Of a stretch of DNA of 64,000 nucleotides, positions 57,631-64,000 are shown in pieces. A program made the position numbers and the translations under genes. Numbering within the stretch: position 1 is the stretch's first letter; every line of letters starts with the position of its first letter. Origin of the DNA: Myxococcota bacterium (GTDB taxonomy: Bacteria > Myxococcota_A > UBA9160 > JAFDDA01); contig OZ245817.1 in assembly GCA_965228475.1 (NCBI GenBank), forward strand, positions 4,288,001 through 4,352,000, in the 5' to 3' direction. The notes under the pieces are model-generated. The model was not told where the DNA came from, ran no database searches, and was given only the letters and a program-made list of their open reading frames with translations.

Positions 57631-58278
57631 CTAGAAGCGGGGACGATGCTCCCGGCGATGGCGCGGCGGCGGCGGGCGCGTCGCCCCTCGGCAATGCGGC
57701 GAGAGTGCATCGCGGTGCCGGCGCAGACACTCGAAGGTCTCGCGCCCCGGCCGCGCGTTGGGGCAGAACTCGGCGAGCTCCGAGCCGCACTCGACGTCGA
57801 GGCCGCGCTGCCGCTTCGTGTCGCGCTCGGCGCGGATCGCGACGAGCTCCGCGAGCTGCTCGGGCGTCAACAGCGCACGGATCTCGAGCATCGAACGAAG
57901 CCGCAGCTTGTAGGCGGCGTTCTCGACCCGGCCGATGGAGGTGGCGAGCTCCATGACCGCGTCGAGATCCGGCGCCTCCTCCTCGAGCAGGCCCCGCATC
58001 CGATCGTGGAGACCGCGCAGTTCCGCGCGGTGCGCCTCGTCCTCCTCCCGCGAAGCCTCCGCGATCTCGCGGATGCGCCGGGCCGTATCGTCATCGATCT
58101 CGAGCCGTTCGGCGTGCCGCTCCAACACTTCGTGGATCGGCTGCGGACCTCGGTGCTTGCCTCCGGGCTTGGGCCCCTTCGGGCCGGCCCAGGCGGGAGC
58201 CGCGGCCAGGACGATCACGAGAACGATCCAGGCGTTCCAGCGGACGCGGCGGCGGCGAAGAAGTCGATTGCAAGACAT
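57631..58278 (-). CDS. Spy/CpxP-like periplasmic protein fused to C-terminal Cys-rich repeat
   Basis: Signal peptide, helical LLTPEQ motif, C...FC...PG....CL......LS..C. Confidence 0.75.
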   Translation of the reverse strand: MSCNRLLRRRRVRWNAWIVLVIVLAAAPAWAGPKGPKPGGKHRGPQPIHEVLERHAERLEIDDDTARRIREIAEASREEDEAHRAELRGLHDRMRGLLEEEAPDLDAVMELATSIGRVENAAYKLRLRSMLEIRALLTPEQLAELVAIRAERDTKRQRGLDVECGSELAEFCPNARPGRETFECLRRHRDALSPHCRGATRPPPPRHRREHRPRF

Positions 58279-58292
58279 GGGGGTGATCTCTC

Positions 58293-58709
58293 CTAGATGC
58301 CGTCGAGGAAGACGCTGGCGATGGCCTGGTAGTCCGCCGGCAGCGCGCCCGAGGTTTCGCTCTCCTCACCGAGCGCGGTGAGCGCCAGCAGCGCGTCCTC
58401 CGCGGCCTCGGGCTCCCACGCCGCAACCGCCTGGGCCGTCCCCGGCGCCGCGCCGGGCTCGACGCCCGGCTCCGAAGCAGTGAAACCGAGGTAGGCGACG
58501 ACCACCAACGCGACCACGCCGCAGGCCGCCCATGCCGGGCGCAAGCGCGCGCGCCGGGCGCGATCGTTCTCGATGCGTTCCGCGAGCCGCGCTCGGAAGG
58601 CGCTGCGCTCCGCCTCGCCAGGCTCCGGCCAGTCGTAAGCCCGCCGGAGCCGCCCGTGGAAATCCCGATCCTCCCGGCTCTCGCCGGGATCTTTCCCGTG
58701 TTCGTTCAT
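58293..58709 (-). CDS. Putative membrane-anchored anti-sigma factor
   Basis: Single TM helix, directly downstream of ECF sigma gene. Confidence 0.65.
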   Translation of the reverse strand: MNEHGKDPGESREDRDFHGRLRRAYDWPEPGEAERSAFRARLAERIENDRARRARLRPAWAACGVVALVVVAYLGFTASEPGVEPGAAPGTAQAVAAWEPEAAEDALLALTALGEESETSGALPADYQAIASVFLDGI

Positions 58710-58725
58710 GACCGTCCCCAGTCGT

Positions 58726-59271
58726 TCATGCGCCCGATTCCCGGGCCACCCAATCCGTCAGCTCCATGCGGAGCGCTTTCGACGCACGGTGCAGATGCGT
58801 CTTGATCGTACCCGTCGAACGCCCGAGCAGCTCCGCAGCCTCGGGGATCGACCAGCCCTCCATGCGAACCAGCACGAAGGCTTCCCGCTGCCCACGGGAG
58901 AGCTTCTCGAGGGCCTGCCCGATCCGGTCCCGGAGCAGCGGATCCGTCGCGGCGTCGGGCGCCGGATCGGCCCAGTCTTCCTGGGCGTCGCTCCCGAAGC
59001 GCTGCCGGACCGCCCGCCAGCGCCGGTGGCGGGACGCTTCGCGGACCAGGATCCGGTAGAACCAGGTCGACACCTTCGACTCCCCACGAAACCGGTCGAG
59101 CGATCGGTACGCCCGAAGGAACGCCTCCTGCGCCACGTCCTCCGCCGCCGCGAGATCGCCGCCCAGGAGCCGGCGCGCCAGGCGAACCGCGCGGTCCTGG
59201 TGCTGCGCCACGAAGGCGCTGAACTCTCGCTCCGAAGCAGACCGCTCCGAACTACCGGAATCGCCGGGCAC
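58726..59271 (-). CDS. ECF RNA polymerase sigma factor
   Basis: AEDVAQEAFLRAY, FRGESKVSTWFYRI, EAAELLG.STGTIKTHLHRA. Confidence 0.92.
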   Translation of the reverse strand: MPGDSGSSERSASEREFSAFVAQHQDRAVRLARRLLGGDLAAAEDVAQEAFLRAYRSLDRFRGESKVSTWFYRILVREASRHRRWRAVRQRFGSDAQEDWADPAPDAATDPLLRDRIGQALEKLSRGQREAFVLVRMEGWSIPEAAELLGRSTGTIKTHLHRASKALRMELTDWVARESGA

Positions 59272-59316
59272 CGGGCACGCCTCCGCGGCCCCGTCGGGCC
59301 ACCGAACTCACAGAGA

Positions 59317-59348
59317 TTGGAAACCCGAGCGCCGGGTTCGGTTGACGC
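59317..59348 (-). promoter_or_regulatory. Putative autoregulatory ECF promoter
   Basis: GCGTCAACCG-N17-TCCAA, 46 bp upstream of ECF start. Confidence 0.65.
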
Positions 59349-59380
59349 CGCCGCAAGAGAACCCCGCCGGCCCCCGCCGC

Positions 59381-59665
59381 TCAGCCGCGGACTTCGTAGA
59401 CCCGCGTGCTCGCCACGATCGGGCACCCGCGGGCGATTTCCTCTGCGGCATCGAGGCTTTCGGCCTGGATCAGCGTGTACCCGGTGATCGAGTCCGCGGC
59501 CATCGGCAGGTCTTCGACGCCATCTTTCGTGATGGACCGGCCGCCGGGGAAGTGCCCCCGCTCGACCTGGCGATCCGCGATCGACTCGAACCACTGGTTC
59601 CAGCCGGCCATCTCCTCGGGCGTGGGCCGCTCGAATCCGTAGTGCAGGATCATGAACTTGTTCAA
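59381..59665 (-). CDS. YciI-like protein
   Basis: KFMIL.Y, W..W, ITGYTLIQAESLDAA.EIA.GCP; TTG start overlapping upstream TGA. Confidence 0.78.
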   Translation of the reverse strand: MNKFMILHYGFERPTPEEMAGWNQWFESIADRQVERGHFPGGRSITKDGVEDLPMAADSITGYTLIQAESLDAAEEIARGCPIVASTRVYEVRG

Positions 59666-60576
59666 GGGTTCTCTCCGTTTCCGAGGCCCGCCGCGAAGGC
59701 GGCGACCTCCTGGGCAAGCCGCTCCGGGAAATCCACGTGGACGTCGTGGCTCGAACCTTCGACCCGGACGAAGCGGGTGTCCCGGAGCCGCGGGGTGAGT
59801 GAGCGTGCCGCGGCGACCGAGATCGAGACGTCGTCGCTGCCGTGCACCTGGAGGACCGGCACGCGGATGTCCTCGTACGTGCCGCGCAGGAGGCGGATGC
59901 CGTCGATCGTGTACTGGCGCCGGATGAAGGTGAGCAGCGCCGCGCGCGTCCCGCGAACCCGATAGGCCGCCTCCATCCGCTCGCGATGCCGATCCGTGAA
60001 AGTGTCCCCGAACACTGTGAGCCGCCCGACGAGGAGCTCGCCGATGCCCGGGATGAACGGAAGGATCTGCACCGGATCCATGGCCATCCCGTGGCCCACG
60101 AACACCGCGCCCCGGAAGCGCTCCGGGTGGTCCGCCGCGAGGCAGGCGGCGACGACGCCGCCGGCCGAATGGCCGAGCACGATGGCGCGATCGATCTCGA
60201 GCGCATCGAGCACGTCGATCGCCTGCCGTGCCCAGAGGGCGTTGCCGTACCGGAAGGGATGCTCGCGGTCGCTCAGGCCGAAGCCGTAGCTGTCGAAGGC
60301 GATCACGCGGTGGCTGCGCGCAAGCGCTCCGGCGAAGCCCTCCTGCCAATCGGCGACGCTGCGGCCCGACCCGTGGACGAGCAGCACGGGTTCACCTTCA
60401 CCGACGTCGAGCAGGTGCACGCGTCCGGAACGCGTGGCGAGGAAGAAAGTCTCGGGGCTCCACGGCTCCACCGCGCGAGCCTCGGGCTCGGCCCGGCGCG
60501 CGAGGATCTTTCCAGCCACGAAGAGCAGCGAGAGGATCACGGCCGCCGCGATCGCTAGCACGAACAGGAGCCGCAA
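59662..60576 (-). CDS. Alpha/beta-fold hydrolase with N-terminal membrane anchor
   Basis: LLVHG, GFGLSD, GHSAGG nucleophile, HG.DD, catalytic H. Confidence 0.9.
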   Translation of the reverse strand: MRLLFVLAIAAAVILSLLFVAGKILARRAEPEARAVEPWSPETFFLATRSGRVHLLDVGEGEPVLLVHGSGRSVADWQEGFAGALARSHRVIAFDSYGFGLSDREHPFRYGNALWARQAIDVLDALEIDRAIVLGHSAGGVVAACLAADHPERFRGAVFVGHGMAMDPVQILPFIPGIGELLVGRLTVFGDTFTDRHRERMEAAYRVRGTRAALLTFIRRQYTIDGIRLLRGTYEDIRVPVLQVHGSDDVSISVAAARSLTPRLRDTRFVRVEGSSHDVHVDFPERLAQEVAAFAAGLGNGENP

Positions 60577-60612
60577 CCCTTCCCTCCCCTCCCGGCCCGC
60601 GGCCGGATGCGA

Positions 60613-61296
60613 TCAGGCGCCTCCGCCGAGCCAGGCGTAGCCGCGCTCGAGCTCCGCACGGCCTCCCTTCTCCGAGACCTCGCCGTGGGACACCACGATG
60701 CGCTCGAAGGGCCAGGCGAGGATGCGCTCGAGACCGGCCCGGAACGCCGGCCGGTCGCGGATGAGGAGCCGCTCCGCGAGGGAGGGCCGGACGCTTCCGT
60801 AGCACTGGAGCATGCGGAACATGAAGCGGGTCGGCGCCGGGCTGCTCGCTTGGAAGTTGAACGCGATGTCCGTCACGATGAGCGTCGCGCTCGGCCGGTG
60901 GAAGAACACCACCTCGTTGGCGAGCGGGAAGCCTTCGACGAGGACCTGATCGAGCGTGTCCGCCCAGCCGTCTTCGGGCTCGTCGCGCAGCACCGTCGCG
61001 TCCTCGAGGTCGGGCCGCTTTTCCTCGAGCCCGGGTGCGATGAATACGTCCGCATCCGGGAAGGCCTCCGCCCATCCGGTGACCGAGAGGTGGTGCATGC
61101 GGTTCGGCGCCACGATGTAGGCGACGGAACCGAGGCCCTCGACCTCGCGGATGAGCTCCGGCGTCGCCTTGACCGGAGAATGCAGGAGGAGCTTCTCCCC
61201 GGGGAGACGAACCACCGTCATGCGCGAGCCGATCTCGACCCCGAAGAAGCGCAGAGGAGAACTCGTGACCCAGAGATCCGAATCGAGTTGCTGCAT
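60613..61296 (-). CDS. DUF4336-like (metallo-beta-lactamase-fold) protein
   Basis: RMTVVRL, HSP, IVAPN..HH, EVVFFH..S.TLI.TD, W.F..I...HG. Confidence 0.82.
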   Translation of the reverse strand: MQQLDSDLWVTSSPLRFFGVEIGSRMTVVRLPGEKLLLHSPVKATPELIREVEGLGSVAYIVAPNRMHHLSVTGWAEAFPDADVFIAPGLEEKRPDLEDATVLRDEPEDGWADTLDQVLVEGFPLANEVVFFHRPSATLIVTDIAFNFQASSPAPTRFMFRMLQCYGSVRPSLAERLLIRDRPAFRAGLERILAWPFERIVVSHGEVSEKGGRAELERGYAWLGGGA

Positions 61297-61353
61297 CCCA
61301 TGACCTCCGTGGCGCCGTCCGAGGATAGCGCCGAAGCAAGCCCGCCCGGCCCG

Positions 61354-61839
61354 CTAGCCGCCGGCGATCTCGAATTCGTACTGGACCCGCTGGCCGTCCT
61401 CGGCCGTGACCTCCGAACGGCGGACGGGCCCGTGCGCGAACTCGCCGATGCACCGGGGCCAGAAGCGCGAGGCCGCCTCGTTGCGCGGGTGGACCTGGAG
61501 CTCCCATCGCCCCGGGAAGCGGGGGCAGAGCAGGGCCAGGGCCGCACGGCCCGTCCCCGCCCGCCGGTGCGCGCCCTCGACGAAGAAATCGGACATCTCG
61601 GTGACCCCGGCGTCGAGCACTTCGCGCACGAGCACGAAGCCCACCCGCTGGCCGTCGGCCACGATGAAGAACGGATGACGCCCCGCCTCGCGCCAGTACT
61701 CGGGCAGGTAGTGATACTCCGCGGCCCGCACCGGGCCGACGGGCCGCTCCCGGTGCCCGGCGAGCTCGGCGAGATAGACGTCGACCATCGCTTCCAGATG
61801 CGGCTTCTCGCTCTCCGAAACGGGCTCGAGCGAGATCAG
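61354..61839 (-). CDS. GNAT-family N-acetyltransferase
   Basis: DFFV..AHRRAGTG motif A, N..A..FW; likely CTG start at 61839 (first ATG at 61788). Confidence 0.85.
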   Translation of the reverse strand: MISLEPVSESEKPHLEAMVDVYLAELAGHRERPVGPVRAAEYHYLPEYWREAGRHPFFIVADGQRVGFVLVREVLDAGVTEMSDFFVEGAHRRAGTGRAALALLCPRFPGRWELQVHPRNEAASRFWPRCIGEFAHGPVRRSEVTAEDGQRVQYEFEIAGG

Positions 61840-62921
61840 TTCGGAACTCCCTTCCCGAAGACGTTGATCGCGCGGTTGAAGGGCGCCTCGCCCTCCCGGT
61901 CGTAGTCGGACTCGGCCGCGGGATCATCGCTCCACAGGACGGCGGCCCCGGGCTCCGGCAGGTGGGCGCGAACGGAGGCGCGCGCGGCATCGTCTAGCGC
62001 CCGGGCGTGGCGGCGAAGCGCCTCGAGACACCAGACGCGGTAGCGGGACACCGGCAACCGCTCGTAGCGGCACCCCTGCACCTCCATCGCGAAGTGGCTC
62101 GCGCCCTCGGCGAAAGCCTTCGCGTTCTCGCGCAGCTGCACCAGGTGGGTCTCGCAGGCTTCCCGGAGCAGCGCGGCGAGCGGCGGATCGACCTCGGTGA
62201 GGATGGGTGCACTCTCGAGCTGCGGGCGCGCCTCCCACATCCGCGCCACCCAGGTGTAGGTGCGTGGCGCCCGCGCGCGCATGAGCTCCGCGGGCGTCGG
62301 ATCCTGGGAGAAGTGGCGCAGCATCGGTCCGACGAAGCCGAAGTCCGCGATCGTCGGCTGCGCGCCGAGCAGGAAGGGACGCTCCGCCAGGACCGCCTCG
62401 AGGCCGTCGTAGGCCGCCATCGCCGTTCGCTCGACGTGCTCGCGCGTCCGGTCGTCGACGCCGTCGCGGCGGACGAACCCGTCCCGCTGGCGGCGCGCGA
62501 TCGCCCAGCGCTTCAGGAAGCGCGGCCCCTTCCGGGCCGAGAGCAGCTCGTCCGCGAGAACGCCGCTCGCGTGGTCGCGATCCTGCTGGTAGCTCCAGCG
62601 GTAATGCATCGCCGGGCGCCAGAGCCACTCGTCGGCGTGGTCTTCGAGCAGGAGCGCGAAGAACCGCATCGCCGGATCCTCGGGATAGATCGTCGCGCCC
62701 TGCCGCTGCGCTTCGAACCACGCGAGCATCGGCGTCGTGTCCGACATCCAGCGCCCGTCTTCGAGCCGAACGACCGGGCTCTGGAGCGCACCGGTTCCTT
62801 CGATGATCTCGTGGGCGTGATCGATCATCGAGAGCAGCTCGTACTCGATTCCGCGGTAGCGGAGATACGCCTCGAGCTTGCCGGCGTAGTAGGAAATGCG
62901 CGAGCCGTAGACGCGAATCAC
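61836..62921 (-). CDS. Glutathione S-transferase family protein
   Basis: SYYAGK, SP, SDTT, EDHADEWLWRPAMHYRW, FLLG..PTIADF. Confidence 0.85.
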   Translation of the reverse strand: MIRVYGSRISYYAGKLEAYLRYRGIEYELLSMIDHAHEIIEGTGALQSPVVRLEDGRWMSDTTPMLAWFEAQRQGATIYPEDPAMRFFALLLEDHADEWLWRPAMHYRWSYQQDRDHASGVLADELLSARKGPRFLKRWAIARRQRDGFVRRDGVDDRTREHVERTAMAAYDGLEAVLAERPFLLGAQPTIADFGFVGPMLRHFSQDPTPAELMRARAPRTYTWVARMWEARPQLESAPILTEVDPPLAALLREACETHLVQLRENAKAFAEGASHFAMEVQGCRYERLPVSRYRVWCLEALRRHARALDDAARASVRAHLPEPGAAVLWSDDPAAESDYDREGEAPFNRAINVFGKGVPN

Positions 62922-62948
62922 GCGGGCCCCCTCTCCGGTGCGCCGGAC

Positions 62949-63356
62949 CTAGGAACCCGGCGCGATCGGAAGCCCGGCTTCCTTCCACGCGGAGAACCCG
63001 CCTTCGACGTGGAAGACCGGCCCGAAGCCCGCGGCGAGCAGGCTCGCCTCGCCCTTCCGCGCGCGCGGGCCGACCATGCAATAGAGGGCGACTCCGTTCG
63101 GCGCATCGACCTCGGAGATGCGCTCGGCCACGACGTCGTAGGGAATGTGGAGCGCGCCGGGGATGTGACCCGCGGCGAACTCCTTCGCCGAGCGGACGTC
63201 GATCACGACGGGGGCATTGCCCGCAGCCTGAAGCTCGCTGAGCTCCTGCGGCGCGATGCTCGGCGCTTCCGTGGGCACCGCCTCGGGAGCGCACCCGAAG
63301 AGACACACCAGCAAGACGAGAACGGATCTGACGACCAAGAGACGCATGGGATGCAT
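62949..63356 (-). CDS. Rhodanese-like domain lipoprotein
   Basis: LFGC lipobox, IDVR, GHIPGA, YC..G.RA, EGGF.AW. Confidence 0.88.
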   Translation of the reverse strand: MHPMRLLVVRSVLVLLVCLFGCAPEAVPTEAPSIAPQELSELQAAGNAPVVIDVRSAKEFAAGHIPGALHIPYDVVAERISEVDAPNGVALYCMVGPRARKGEASLLAAGFGPVFHVEGGFSAWKEAGLPIAPGS

Positions 63357-63422
63357 GGACCCCCCTACCCTTCTTCCGTTGCCGTCGCGATCCGTGAGCC
63401 GCGACGCCGGGTTGCGAGTCTA

Positions 63423-63833
63423 TCACGCGGCACTCCGCGCCAAACGGCCGCCCACGAGCGCCAGGGGCACGATCGAGGCGAGGTAGACGAAGTGGTACCA
63501 GGGGGGATAGTCGTCCCAGACCGTGCCCGGGTAGAGATGGGGCGGGATCGAGAGCGCCAGGATGATTGCACCGGCGAGCCAGGCGAGGCGCCGGTCCCGA
63601 CCGATCGCGGTGGCGACGGCGGAAGCTGCCAGGATCGTCGAAGAGAAGATCACGAGTCGCGCAAAGAGCATCACCAGCGTGTAGGACTTTTCCGGGTACG
63701 CCGCGCCGTAGGCGGGCCAGAGGGTGCGGAGCAGCAGCATCGCCCCGCCGAGAACGGCCCACCAGACGAACCCGCCCGCCGCGATGGCTGCGGCAGCGCG
63801 CAGGAGCGTGTGGCGGTCGAACGTGCTCGTCAC
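63423..63833 (-). CDS. Hypothetical 4-TM membrane protein
   Basis: Hydrophobic ORF with P.WYH motif; start GTG 63833 (or 63842). Confidence 0.65.
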   Translation of the reverse strand: MTSTFDRHTLLRAAAAIAAGGFVWWAVLGGAMLLLRTLWPAYGAAYPEKSYTLVMLFARLVIFSSTILAASAVATAIGRDRRLAWLAGAIILALSIPPHLYPGTVWDDYPPWYHFVYLASIVPLALVGGRLARSAA

Positions 63834-63854
63834 GCCCGTCACCCTACCACGCCG

Positions 63855-64000
63855 CTAGGAGGACGGGCCGGCCGCCCCCCGCCAGTGTGCCCGCAGCGCG
63901 ACTTCGGCAGTCTCCGCGTCCGCGTAGTCGGGCGAGGAGGCCATCTGTTCGAGAAAGGCGGCGATCACTTCGCACTCCGGCCCGGTGAAGTGAACGAAGC
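63855..64000 (-). CDS. C-terminal part of a hypothetical protein (5' end outside window)
   Basis: Open frame ...FVHFTGPECEVIAAFLEQMASSPDYADAETAEVALRAHW...TAG. Confidence 0.5.
   Translation of the reverse strand, partial: FVHFTGPECEVIAAFLEQMASSPDYADAETAEVALRAHWRGAAGPSS

Noticed and set aside
55129..64000. Genomic island integrated at tRNA-Phe
   Set aside because: The downstream genes look accessory, but I found no integrase and no duplicated tRNA 3' end (att site) in the window.

Overview
High-GC bacterial chromosome window. Gene content (HrcA-GrpE-DnaK-DnaJ, CcsA-HemA-HemC-CobA/HemD-HemB, MreBCD-PBP2-RodA, lon-thiL, PEP-CTERM proteins) suggests a Myxococcota/deltaproteobacterial-type organism (inference). 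Most of it is core housekeeping: tetrapyrrole synthesis, elongasome, chaperones, LexA, FolE/PTPS, LarBC, PhoD, M16 peptidase, GGT and tRNA-Phe(GAA). An all-minus-strand accessory tract follows the tRNA. The most interesting signals are non-coding. (1) Two homologous ~190-bp hairpin elements with co-varying perfect terminal inverted repeats sit in opposite orientation around a tandem pair of secreted beta-helix genes. (2) A non-canonical CIRCE-like operator (CTGGCAGGG-N9-CCCTGCCAA) lies at groES, and the window's HrcA has a correspondingly altered recognition helix and wing. (3) An ECF sigma/anti-sigma/Spy-Cys-rich/heme-peroxidase module shares a conserved promoter motif. (4) An IS630-like MITE is inserted at the mreD stop codon. 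(5) Several genes have apparently leaderless starts, and three have sigma28-like promoters. All calls were made by eye from motifs; no database searches were run.
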